From NCBI GenBank assembly GCA_973895155.1, contig OZ316898.1:20781292-20845291 (forward strand): DNA of 64,000 bases, read 5' to 3'. The notes beneath the pieces are model-generated. The model was not told where the DNA came from and did no database searches. It was given only the letters and a program-made list of their open reading frames with translations. Source of the DNA: Marsupella aquatica (lineage: Eukaryota; Plantae; Marchantiophyta). Of the stretch, positions 22,471 to 35,119 are shown one piece after another. The position numbers were made by a program, and so were the translations under genes. Positions within the stretch are counted from its first letter, which is position 1; each line of letters begins with the position of its first letter.

Positions 22471-25400
22471 GACTTGATATGAAAAGCTTCAAAGATTGCA
22501 CCACATTACAATGAATACATGACTCAATGTTGATTGACTAAATATATACAATCCATAAATACCTGAAAATTGACCCAATGTAGCTTACTGAGGACATAGT
22601 TTTTACTAAAATACATCTTGCAAGATTTTGCACCTAGTAGAAGATTATGCTTACACAACTGGAAAAGGTAAGAGATAAAAGTAAAATAGAATAGAAAATC
22701 ACCAAGGTTAACAAGTTAAACCATAAGAAGGAAGTGTGGAAGCAACATTTTGAGTATCACCTTAAGGGGAAGAAATGCAAGACGAGATGGCTGTGAAAAA
22801 AAATGATTTTTAGACAGGGGAAGCGAGAAAGAACCAATTGTAGACTGCATTGGAATAGTAGCTTTATGGGGAATGAGTGGAGAAAGATTTGCATATGAGG
22901 GCAGTACTCTTCCAGTGGCTGACAGAAGGGAGTGTGCCTTGAGCACTGCCAACGCAGAAAGACAGAATACTCGGCCATCAGCAAAAGATAGAATGGGGCA
23001 TGTCTGCAAGCCCAAGGGAAGTGGAAGAGCCATGTACCACTTTGTTATCCAAACAGAGTCAGGTAAATATTAGGTTTGGGGTCAAGTGGGAACTTAACTA
23101 TTTGGATGTGATGGCACTAACTTTGAAGAGATCTATAGGGACCCGGCAGATAGACAGAGGTTCTTCCAGGAGGTTATGCGGACATGGTGCATACTCAACC
23201 GATTGGAGAATTGAAGAGCACAGAGCTAGGCCAAGTAAGTTGTGCATAGAGTGTATCATAGGGAGACAACCAAGCCTTATCGACCACCTGTTACACCTAA
23301 GACAGAAGAAGAACCAAGGCATAGAGAAGACAGAATACTAGCAGCCACGAGTCAATTACAGGTCAGTGAAGAAGAGTTTGCAGAGAAAAGCATATGTGCA
23401 GTATAGTAGTGGACAGGAAGAGACACGTTATAGGAACACTTGGTTATAAATAAATGTTTCGTAGTTAGAGGTTTTTGTGGTAGATTGAGGATACTTGAGT
23501 GTAGGGTTTAGGGTTCTCATTGCCATGTGGCAAGTTGCTACTGGCTAGCCTTGACCCGTTGCGACCCCCTCATCCCCCCTTTCTTCTTCCCTGTTGCAGG
23601 GCACAGTTGCAAGTCTGGCAGGGGAGAAAACACATCATTTGTTGCACACTCCCCTCACAAAAACCCTACAGTTTTGGCCCTAAGGAGAATGCATCAGGGA
23701 AGGGGGTCAGTGCAGGTTAAGGCTAGACAGTAACAACTGGCCACATGACAATGGGAACACATATATGAGTAAATACTAACCCAAATACAAAGTGGGGGGC
23801 AGGTTGATAATTAATTTAGTTTGGGAGGAACATTACTAAAATAGGGTATTTTGGGGGAAAGGTCATTAATAAAAAGCTGTTTGGCCATTTGGGGCATGCA
23901 GAGGAATAGTGTTGTTTGAGAAACATCTAACGTTTATTGAGGATTTGAGTGTGAAGGACTTGCACTCAAAGTGGGAATGAGGTGAGCATGAAGGGAGCAA
24001 ATAATTTGCAAATAAGAGATACATGGCATGTATTAGCAAATTAAGGGTGAATGCTGATTTGTGGAACATTTTTTTAGACTTTCTCGTCCACCCACAATGA
24101 AAACATGAAAAAAAATCCACAATGACAATACTTCAGCAACAACTACGTGGCGACCTTACTATAATTGCAAACAACCCCAATGACAACACTTCAACGACAA
24201 CAACACTACCACACCAACATGATTGCAACAACAATTGTGCAACACAAGGGCTTTGGACCATTCTCATAGTAGAGTATACCTGGCCCATAATTTTTATAGA
24301 GCATGCTAGGGCAAGGGTGATTAAGAATGAACGTCAGTCTTGATTCTAATTAATATTAATGATCCTATGACTAGTCAGACTGCTAAGACCACTTGAATCC
24401 AGTAAAGGTGTGATTCAGTGAATTTAAATATTATTGATGATAGGGGCTGATGGCTGAGCTGAACGTAGCACAATGGTAGGCCATCTTAGCTACAAGGTAA
24501 AGGTTGGGCTTGAGGCTCCATCAGGCACACATCACTTAGTCACAAACCCCACCCAAAAAGGGAGTTCACAAAAAACTTCTCATAGAGAAGCCCTTAGAGA
24601 CTTAGGAGATGGCTGGTCGACAAGGTTAGCAGGCGCAATGCAAGGGGAACCACAAGGGGAGGCTTGAGGCTCAACATGAGACAGGACATCCTGAATGTGA
24701 GGGTCAACCATAGTTGAGCAAGTCTGGGATAGTTATATTTACTAGTCCAGATATAATTTTGTGTGCACAGGAAAGGTTTTTTTAACCCAAGTACTCTGAA
24801 TGAGCCTACTCACAAACATTGTCTAATATCAATTTATTTCTATCACCAGAGAAATTATGACCTCTGGCTTTGATCATGAATTATGGGCCATGGAGTATGT
24901 CATGGCTAGTAGATTCTGATCACAATTAGAGGATAGACATATGAAAGTGATTGACAGTCACTATATAAAACTAGTCCAAGAGTACGAGGACAATATTGCA
25001 CGTCAGGCCACCCTCAATGATTGGGGTTTACACAAGGCTCAAAGTAAACCTTGAGAACTTCAATGGTTGCAATTTCTTCCCACAATTTTGGAGGCAGGAT
25101 GGTGGCCAAAGAGCCCTATCCTTAGTCATTTGAAAAACCCCTTTCATAGGGGCTTCAAGTAGGTAGTCTCAACCTTTAAGTCTGCAGAAAGATCCCTAAC
25201 CCAAAAGTACCAGTTTTGATTTGTGATCACACATATATGGACAAGCTTTTTCGTGTCTGCCTTTCTGGGAAAACTACCTTGACCTTGTTGGGAGGCAGCC
25301 CTTTAGAGTTTCAAGACACCCTAATAAGGCTTCCCAAACATGCAGGTCAGTGGAAAAAATTACCAGTTTAGATCTGCGGTCATGACTGTGTGGACAAGCA

Positions 25401-26212
25401 TTTTCATGTACACCACTTTTTTTCGAGGATCGAGACACCCTTCACCCCGGCCAGAGGCAAAATGAAGAAGATAACTCCTGATAAAATCAACTAATCGAGC
25501 TCCTCTCGAGTGGGCGCACGGTCGCCCATGCCGGACGAGGCCTGGCGGTTTGTTCGTTTCAGTAGTAGGGTACTGTAGCTTGGCTCATGGCTCATTGCAT
25601 GGATCGGGGTCGTATAGGAGATCGACGAATGGTGGATAGAGGGATGCATCCATCCATCCTTGCATACGTGGCTCCTGCCGCTTCAGCACAGCACGGAACG
25701 GTTTATTATTGCATACAGCAACGAAGGGGACCCTAAAATGTCCGCTTACTATTACCGGTAGGGTTTCCTGCACGCACCACCACCACCACCCTCAACTCCC
25801 TGCCTGCCCCTCCTCCGACTCCCCTACTGCGTAGTAGTCCCCTCCGTCCACAGTACTCGGGCCCTCACCCTTTCCCGTCTTTTCCTGTTCGGCTCTGTTC
25901 ATCGTCGCCTCGTTTTGGACTCGAGCATTTCTCCGTTTCAGACCCGCTGATCATCGAGACGAGGGGGTAGAGAAGTAGAGAGAGGCAGACAGGCAGTGCA
26001 GACTCCGCTTTACGCATTCACGGCAGATTCGGCGACGAGATCGATCCGCTCCCGTGCCTGATCGACGACATCTACCGATCCGAATCGTGTAGGAGGCCGG
26101 AGCAGCAAGCAGGACAGGCAGCGGCGCTGGGCCAACGAGCGGAAGGAAGCGCGGTTCCGTTTGGACAAGCAACCATCTTCGGGATCCCCGCAGATTACAC
26201 CCGTTTCAGTTT

Positions 26213-29200
26213 ATGAGGTGCAGTTTTCGTTCTGATGCTTTGCTTCCTGCTTTGCGTTTGCTCATTTTTGCTGAAGGACTTTGAGGTTTGGTGTGTGGAT
26301 TAGGTGAAGGACTGTCCTAGGGTTGTTCCTCTCGATAGGTTTAGTCGGTCCGGCCGGCTGTGACTGTAGTCCCTGCTTGGCGATTTTTTTGGGTCGGGGC
26401 TGAGTCCGATTTGCGCTGCTTTGGTAAATGTCTCCTTTCTTGCTGGCTTTGACAAGTGGCCGAGGGGTTTGGGTCCGGGAAGGTATTGTGAGAATTCTCA
26501 GGGGCAGGAGTTGGGGGATCTTGGAGTCTCTTTTGTGTTTGTTTTTGTTATTGCTGGTCTGGATGACGTGAGCCGGTTAGGCCAAACGCTTTAGTAGGAC
26601 CGTGTCGGCGTCTTGTTATATCAGGTTGTCTGTACCTCTAGCCTGTGACCTCGGTTCTCCAAGTTCTGTTGTAACTTCGCCTTCTCGGACGTCTCTGAGG
26701 TTTTAGGGTTTCCTCATGTGTGTATGCGTGTCCATTGAGGCGGAGCAAAATGCTAGTATTTGGTTTCACAAATAGAGGTGGACCTTTGACCGTGCTGCAA
26801 TCCATTTTTGGCATGGTTGAAACGAGACTGATTGTCTCGAGACGTCCAGTGATATGAAGCATCTTTTGTGTGCGCGTTTGTTGCTGGCCACTCTTTTTAA
26901 TGACGAGAACGCTAAAGATGATCCGATCTAATCTTCCTATGTGTCATAGCTAGCTCTTCTGTTTCGGAAGCTTCTGTGCGATTGCTGACATTGCGTATGA
27001 TTTTTTCGTGTCACATGTACGGGCCCTGCAGCTCGAAGGAGAAGCCGACTCTTGGGTGAGCTACCTGTTCAAAACCTTGTGTTGAACCTGTTTTTGAGGT
27101 CATCTTGTGCCCAAGTGTACTTAAGGTGGCTGTTGCGATTGACTTGATCGGAAGTTCTCATAGATAATGTTTATAGATCGAGTTGCACTCGGTCCCTACA
27201 TTCACGGCTACCAACGTAGGTAGTGGGTAGAATTCTGAGAGGTTTATATTATTGGTCAGCGACTCTATGCCTGTCGGACGTTGTATTGATACTTCTCACC
27301 GTTTCCTTCAGTGGCACGCGGATCAAAACCCGCAAACGGAACATAGCTGTTCCGTTAGATCCATCCAGCTTTGCTGATGAAGTGGTCCGAATCTACCTCT
27401 CGCATGAGGGCAACTTGGTAATTACCCCTATCTGTGTTTCTACATTAAGCTGGCCAATCCCTCTGCAAGAATGGAAGTATCCTCAGGAGAGGTATTTGCA
27501 TTCAGCTTCTGCGCAGCAGCTGATTTGGTTGCGGTGTGCAGGAAAATATCGCGAGGGACGTTGAGGCGGCAGACCTTGACTTCTCCAGATATGGAGATAC
27601 TTTTTTCGAGGTGAGCTCGGCTGAAATAAGAATTAGGTCACACTGAAGATTATTATATCCAAGGTATCGGAGTGGGTTTATCGTTGTTCGCCTCATCTTC
27701 TTGGTCTTTCACCTCGACTCTACAGAATTTTACTCGAATACTGGGCGAACTGGTGCTGTTGTACTCAACGGCTGAAACGGATGATGCCAGTTTGTTGATA
27801 ACTGGGGCCTTTACTAGAGCTATTCACTAGTTCCGCTGTTATTAGAGCGCCTTTTTTGAATCGCTTAACTTGCTGATTTGACATCTTCACGTGATAAGTA
27901 TGTTAGGAGTTGTGATTTTAGAGCCGATACCGTTGATTCCCCTTGAATCATGCCATCCGAGTTCAATTATGCTTGAACATCAATATACTTCAGTTGCTCA
28001 TTTGGTTGCACTGGGCACATGTGGTCTTATTAGGTTGTGTTCACGGGAGGTCGTAACCAACCTGGCACAACCAAGCCCGAGGAGGGTGAACGACAGCCTT
28101 ACTCTGTGCTGAACTGCGAGGCGAGTCGGGAGGGTATCCTCCCTCATGTCCTCTACATCCAGAAGGTGCTCAGACGGCGTCCGTTTATGATAAAGAATCT
28201 CGAAAACGTGATGCGTAGGCTCTTACAGTCGTTGGTAAGTTCCGTTCTTTCTTCCCGTATCTAAGAAGTTGTATACTCTGAGGCGGACTTTGGCTTGGTT
28301 AAATATTGGCATAATTGGAGATTTCAAATATTCTTACTGGCTGCAATAGGAACTCTATGGAACTGATGATCTAGAAGTTGGCGGTCTTCATGGCCCTGAC
28401 ATTTTCTCAGTAATCGTCTGGCTACAACCAACCCGGTTTAGGTGCTATGGTTTTGGGGGCTGTATATAGGATGATGGGAATGAAGATCCATTCCCCACGT
28501 GATTGACACTGATTCAACTGTGCGACATGCTCTTAGGAGCAAAGTCGGAATGCTAACCAAATTACTCTAAATATTTTCATAGAGTGCTGTACTCTCTCTA
28601 AGCAACAACTTCCGGAGTCCAACTTTAGCTAAGTGCGATGACGTGCCGCCGACGGATGTGGTGGCTGCTTCCTCGTGTTCCCTCGCTCGTCCACGGAAGG
28701 CCTTCACACTCTTGCTCGTTTAGCATACACCACTGTCTCACTCTGATGCCTGAGATATTGTCTTCTGTGTCGCAGTTATAGCGATCTTTGCTTGTATTGG
28801 ATGGGAATGAGGATACTTTCCCCATATGATCGACTCTGATTCTAACTGTGCGATTAGCTCCTAGGAGCCAAGCCAGAAGTCTGACCCATCTTGATAAGTC
28901 TGTAGTCTTATCTCGTCGATTTAGAATGCACATTAATTGTCACTGTCAAAGCTGGGTATTCCACGCCCTACATTGGCTCCTCAGAATGTGCTATAGATCA
29001 TGTGAGGGCCATTTTACCTCTGCAAGACGATTGCAGTAGTGGAGGTCTTTCCGCTCATTCCTGAGGTCTAGGTTGCATTTGAGTTGTGTTATTTCCTGTT
29101 TCTGTTTCCGATTCGTGATGAGTTGGGTTTAACTCCGTCCGTTGATCGAGCCGTCGATTAGAACACACCTGTTTTGTGGTTTCCAGTTGCCCAGTGATGT

Positions 29201-30981
29201 ATAATGACAATGTCTTTCGACTGCTTTAGGGCATGTGGGAGTCAATACCAAAAATGGCACTGAGGGTTCAGTCTTGACCACTGTCATGCAGCATAGATTC
29301 GGCCTAACTGGCTCCGATCCCTGTTTCTAATGAGAACTTGAACATGAAGCGAAATCATTTTTGCACATGATTTCTAAATATTAGTTTGTATTCGCTGAGC
29401 GCCAATGGGGCAATAGCATGATAAAGATCCCAATTACAACCCTGATTATATCTCAACAAATCTCATGAATTTTGCCTGTACTTTATGAATACCTTACCTT
29501 CTGGAGTACAAACTGTCAGCTTAGCTTAAGAAGTTTCTGTCTCTTGCAGAGATTGTTACAACAAAAGTAAATCGAATGACAATTACAGAATTTCTTGGTC
29601 TCCTTAGTACTCAATGAATTCTGACATTGTTTGACTCAATGGAATGCTCTTTGTAAGACAATCTTTTGTAATGGTCCCAGACGGACTTTGGCTTGGCTAA
29701 ATATTGGCCTATCGGAGATTATTAAATAATTCTTATTGGCTGCTGCAACAGGAACTCTACGGAACTGATGATCGCAAGAAGTTGGCGGTCTTCACGGCCC
29801 TGACATTTTCTCAGAAATTGTCTGGGCTGCCACCTGAAACAATTTTCGCCGCACTTCTTAGTGACAGTCTAGTTGCAAAGGGGACAGTTCTTTCCTTCGT
29901 GACTGACACGTTCAAGGAGTACCTGGTGGACAATTCTCTCGATGATCTCATTGCTTTGCTCAAACGAGCCAAGATGGAGGACCGACTGCTGGACTTTTTC
30001 CCAATGCAAAAGAGGACTATCGATGCCTTCGGAGAACACTTCAGGTGCTTTGGATTCTTAATTCTGCTGGTTGATCCTCTAATTTGCTCTGCCGGGAAGG
30101 AGGTTAATGTGAAGTGCTTGGAACTGAGCATCATATGTTTGCTTGATGCAGCAAGGAAGGGTTGTCAGTGTTGGTTGATTACAACACCAAGAAGGTGTTT
30201 GACGTGAAATTGAAGGAGTTGAGGGTTGCTTTGACGGATCAGATTGCGGAAAATATCGATGTCACGGAAGTAGTTGAAATGGTGAAACAACGGCGGAAAG
30301 AGGTTGCTTTACCTGACCTGGACGTTGTTCGTACTATTTGGGATGCTATCATGGACGCCGTGCAGTGGTCAGGCAAAAATCAGCAGCAAAACTCAAACCT
30401 TGCTCTCCGACAGGTGCTTAGCCTTACTTATCTTGGTTTTGTCTACACCCTAAGTTTTTTTTTTGTATCACTTGCACACACAAAGTTGTATCTGAACGGC
30501 ATGTTCCGTCTCGCAGGTGAAGACCTGGGGAAAGCTTTTGGGAACTTTCTGCACATCGGCAAAGCTGGAAATGGATTTGATTTACAAAATTCAGATTCAC
30601 TGCTACGAGGATGCCAAGCTCATGAAGCTTTTTCCCGAAATCATTCGGGCTCTGTATGACCAAGATGTGCTTGCTGAGGACACAATTTTAATTTGGTTTC
30701 GAAAGGGTACCAATCCCAAGGGCAGGTACGGAATTGGTTGCGTCCGTAGTTTGTTTTTTGGTGTAAAGTCCGTTCTACTCATATGCCTCGGGACCGTCTT
30801 GGTGAGGTCTTACCGACAAATTTATTGCCTTAACATAGTGCTCTTCCTTTCGGGTTGACGTTATGGTCTCTGCACGATTCTGACTCGCCCTTGTATGCCG
30901 TGGGGGACGAGCAGGCAAACTTTCGTCAAGGGCCTTGAACCATTTGTCAAGTGGTTGGAAGAGGCCGAAGAGGAGGATTAG
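26213..30981 (+). CDS. BZW: BZW / eIF5-mimic protein (W2 domain), 9 exons: 26213-26217, 27032-27055, 27312-27417, 27542-27610, 28034-28234, 29752-30044, 30152-30413, 30517-30725, 30915-30981
   Basis: Spliced translation MSSKEKPTLGGTRIKTRKRNI...DFSRYGDTFFE...DVLAEDTILIWF...LEPFVKWLEEAEEED; all introns GT-AG. Confidence 0.93.
28284..28429 (+). repeat. Degenerate duplicate of the BZW intron-5 acceptor region and start of exon 6 (pseudo-exon)
   Basis: Aligns by eye to 29682-29835; the AG acceptor is retained, with a 2-nt deletion after ELYGTDD. Confidence 0.85.
28473..28558 (+). pseudogene. Decayed copy of the snoRNA candidate at 28800
   Basis: Same 5' GATGGGAATGA and similar body; box D changed to CTAA and 3' stem lost. 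Confidence 0.5.
28800..28890 (+). ncRNA. Intronic box C/D snoRNA candidate
   Basis: Terminal stem GATGGG/CCCATC, box C ATGAGGA, box D' CTGA at 28836, box D CTGA at 28881; target uncertain. Confidence 0.6.
29190..29266 (+). ncRNA. Intronic box C/D snoRNA candidate guiding LSU rRNA 2'-O-methylation
   Basis: CCC/GGG ends, box C GTGATGT, box D CTGA at 29260-29263; the 13-nt guide TACCAAAAATGGC is complementary to the conserved 25S sequence GCCAUUUUUGGUA. Confidence 0.68.
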
Positions 30982-32231
30982 GGGCACAATGGTGTTTGAC
31001 CTGGAAGAATAAAACATCCTTGTATCGGATGTTTTTGGTATCTCTTGAACTCTTCAGTATTCTCAAGTGTACGAAGCTGATGGGTTTCTAGGTATAGTAG
31101 ACTTGGCCTTTCGTATCCCTGCGGATCCCATCAATTTGGTGCTGTTTGTCACTTCAATGGTTTCCTTGAAGAAGGAAGTCGAGCGAGACTTGAGATTTGT
31201 TTATGTTGTGGATGCAATAAGTTGTGGGTGGTATCCGGGGGAGTTATGTCGTTCCAGTCAAGTTTTGATAGTACATTACCATGATACACTTTGTAATTGG
31301 CTTTGGATTCAATCGGGTTGTGCATACTTGTGCCAAGAGTTTTGCATCTGGATGTTGCTGATTCCATGAGTGACAGCTACAAAGAGTTCAACGTCATTTA
31401 AAAATCCTACCAGGGTCATAGATCCTGGTACGTGTGCCAAGCCTGAGCTTTTGGATTTTGCAATTTTGCCTCAACAATATGGAGCAGCACTTGGGCTTGT
31501 AATCGTACGAAGGTCTAATCTTGCGAAACCTGCCTTTCGAGGGTTGTCCATCCTATAAGTTCCCTAGTACTGAACAAATATTTACCCTACCTGATGTGGA
31601 CATTTGTACCTGGTGGCCGGGCACGTGATTCCTGCTTTCGAAGCTGACACGTTGTAGTCCTCTCGTCACTTTTGTTTCTTTAGTGTTGGTACTGTACGGT
31701 TACCCTCATGGTAGTCAAATCGAGTCGTGGTTTCTATACACCCAAATGGGGTTCTGTTTGACGCCTGGTGGCAGGGGAAAGAATTGATCTCTAGAGCTGG
31801 TCCATTCGAGTGGCGGCTGTGAGTGTGCATATGTAGACCATTACTGTGATACGAAAAATGGCACTTTTGTCCATTACTGCTTAAGCCACAATGGCTGCCC
31901 AAAGCAGGTGCGCAATATAAGTCAGCCTCTCAATCGAGCTTTGCTAGCCGAGGATGTGGTTAAAATATCGGGAACCAGTAAGGAAGTTGAATGCTGATAG
32001 GCGGCAGTCTGCTGGGTCGGGCCTGCTTTGTTAGCGGTACTCTTGTGACCTGTGGAGGCGAGGATTTTGAATCGGCTCTACCAACTACATGAAAAGATTT
32101 GGCACCCATAACAAGAAAAGATTTGGCTATGTTATGGAATTGGTTCCATTGCTTCTGCGTATGCTCTGGGACCGCTAGAACGTAGAAGTGAGTGCTCTCC
32201 CGTTCATAAAAGGAAAGTCTACCATTTACGA

Positions 32232-32975
32232 AGGATAATTTTTTGGTCTTCATCCCCTTATTCCCCCCTACCCCTCACCCCCCCCCATTTTGCACGGGCA
32301 TCGGGCAGGTCTTAGATGGGGTAGGGACAATATAACCGAGAAAAAAATGAACCCATCATCGGACAACGAGTACATTTGTTCGTCCCTGGTAGGTTTTGTG
32401 GACACTAGTTTGCAGACTCAAAGGTCCAAAATTTCCTAAGGTCTTGTTGCACATTGTGCCTTGGACAATTGCCAAAATTGTTGAAATGAGGCTTGGGGTT
32501 CACACCTTGTTTGCAAATGATCATCATTAAAGAATGTAAGCCTTCCAAAAGATTCCATGATCAATAACTGGTCCAAGGTAATATACAATCTTGCGAAAAA
32601 TCTACTGTCTGAATGAAAATGATATGATTCTGCCAAATACAAAGGACTCCAAACCGGGAGACATGATCTCTGGCAAAAGACCCAATCAAGTGGGGACACT
32701 CAAAGTACCGAGAAAGGCCAGGAACCAAAGAATCAAAAGAATTACCGTGAACCGTAAGGACCATCCAGGGGTATTCTGAAAATGAAAAGAAAAGTATTCT
32801 TTTCATAACCACGCTTCGACGAAAGAAACACTGGTTGTGAGACGATGGGTCCAATTTTTCACCATTGAGTAGTCCCTACCCCATCCTAGAACCTGCCCAA
32901 TGCCTGCCCAATGCCGATGTAGAGGGGGAGGAGAGAAAGGGAGGGCAGGGGATAGGAAGAAAAGAACCAAAATCC
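32232..32975. mobile_element. MITE-like element with ~150-bp diverged terminal inverted repeats
   Basis: 32232-32385 is an imperfect reverse complement of 32818-32975 (e.g. GGGCAGGT..AGATGGGGTAGGGAC versus GTCCCTACCCCATC..ACCTGCCC). Confidence 0.55.
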
Positions 32976-33536
32976 TCTCCCTCCCTTTGCCCACCCCAGA
33001 ACGTCTATAGCACTGCCATGCCTCAACCCAATGTGCAATGCCTCTCTTAAGTTGTTGCTTTGATAACAATTTCCATTAACCCAATATGAACATCCCCATC
33101 TGTTTCCCATCAACCCTATACCAACAACACCCTTGACAGCAATGTGTTGCCTCCCGACACTTACTCACCTCGATGATTGCTTGCCCTGATGACATAGCGG
33201 GAACTAAACTGTTGCACTCTAAACTTTCACACCCTTTTAATACAACACTTTCACAATGATTGCATGGCCACAACCAGGGTAATCTTTTGCTAGATTGATT
33301 GATTTAAGTGAGTAGCCAAGCTTAGTTGTACTTGTCCGACCCATAATTCCTAGGCACCCTGGCAACAACCCATAATTAAAAATTCTTGGTTGCCAACTGT
33401 CTTTGCCTCTACCAGGAATGGTGAATGACTTCAAACCTTTACCCTTGATACCATGCATTGCTCACCTCTTTTTCCCCTCACTTAGTAGTCTTTGGATAAA
33501 TGGTTCTGGCAAATTTGGTTTGTTGTGAATTTTGAG

Positions 33537-33608
33537 TTTAGGGTTTAGGGTTTAGGGTTTAAACCCTAACCCTAAACCCTAAACCCCTAAACCCTAAACC
33601 CTAAACCC
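33537..33608. repeat. Interstitial telomeric repeat in inverted (palindromic) arrangement
   Basis: (TTTAGGG)3 TTT | AAACCCT-type repeats x~7; axis at 33560/33561. Confidence 0.9.
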
Positions 33609-34761
33609 AAGGTCTGAGAGCTATAATAGCCCCACAATGCCCTGGTAACAAGTAGCAAATACACTTTCATCCCTGAAAGATTTCTCAATATTAATGTTTA
33701 ATTTTTTTTAATGCTCTGACCAGACTTGAAAACAAATCCAAATTTCATGCATGTTCAGATTTTACTCTCTTTAGATAAATCTCAAAATGCATTTGGGCTT
33801 GTGATGGAATTTTCTTTCCATGAAGGATAGAGAAAAACAAAGAGGAAAACCGTAAAGGGAGTTATGACCCTGAAAGTTACCATGGGTCCCTCTGTAACTG
33901 TTGTTTTGATGTGTGAGGTAGGGGTTAAATCAAAGTTGTTGATGGATTATTTATGGCACGGCATGTGCAGAGGAAAACCTCCCTGTCCCAGATTCCCATG
34001 TCCGCCCACATAAACAGTCTAAATAGAAAGAATATTTACTGTCATGAGTAAGTCACGAGCCAAGACCCAAGTCACAGATCATAGTGTAGAGAAAAGAAAG
34101 TAGATTTATTACGGTTTCTCAAACCTGCAGGTCTGTGGAAAAGAACTTCTGAAAACTACTAGTTTAGGTCAACAGTGTGTTGACAAAAGCCAGTAAGGAA
34201 AATCTAAAAGGTCAGGTCCAACTAAACTATATCTGGATTTTAGGAATGAGTTTTTTTGGTTACTGGATCTGCATATGGGAGATATTATACTACAGTTGAC
34301 TCTTTACTGGGTTCCTTGTTGAGTTTTCAAAATCTCAATCTACGGCTATCAGATGTTGATATTTGCTCTTTAGGAAAATGACACAGTCTACTTGGGGCTG
34401 CTTTTCAATTGGTCACTAAAGATACATACAATGGAGTAAATGTAGGATATTGTTAGATTGAGTATTTAATGTACCCCATCAGCAAACCGTGGTGGGTTGG
34501 AGATGTTCTAAACAAAAATGACTGAGAGGCCCTATTGTACATAACTAGAGATAAGACATAGTTCAGGGGAACATTTTCGTTCTTCATTTATTTTCGCGAG
34601 ACACTTATGCTCGTAAACCCTGGAGATGCTATGGGGGCAAGTGCATAGTGTATAGTACAGATACAGAAGTAAGTATACAAGGCCGGGAAACCCAAGTTTG
34701 TTCCACGGTGATACCGACGGCCGTCGGGTTGGAACACGCTGCCTGCGGGGGAGGAGCTGGC

Positions 34762-34775
34762 TTTAGGGTTTAGGG
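34762..34775. promoter_or_regulatory. Telo-box pair upstream of eIF2-gamma
   Basis: TTTAGGGTTTAGGG followed by a CT-rich patch; telo-boxes are typical of plant translation-machinery promoters. A single TAGGGTTT also occurs at 25759-25766 upstream of BZW. Confidence 0.55.
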
Positions 34776-35119
34776 CTGGCTCTTCTAACGTTGCGTCGAG
34801 ACGAGCTTTTGTTCTCTCTCTCGTTCTCTCTCTCGTTCTTTGCCACCTCTTCGTTTCACTAGACTCTTCTCCTTCGCTTTCTTCTTCGTGAATGTCCACT
34901 CGACGATCAGCTCGACTCGCCTAGTCGGGTTGGGTCAGCTTGGGTTTTGGTTTGGTCCTGAACTACACTCAACGCCGGGTGCAACATCATCGTAATAATC
35001 CTTCCACACATCGCCCTGCGATTTTTGCGAAATTGGGAAAGAGGGACGAGCGAGCAAGCACAGGCAGGCAAGAAAGTAAGTAAGCAAGCGGCAGCTGATC
35101 TAATCGTAAGAGCGCCAAG

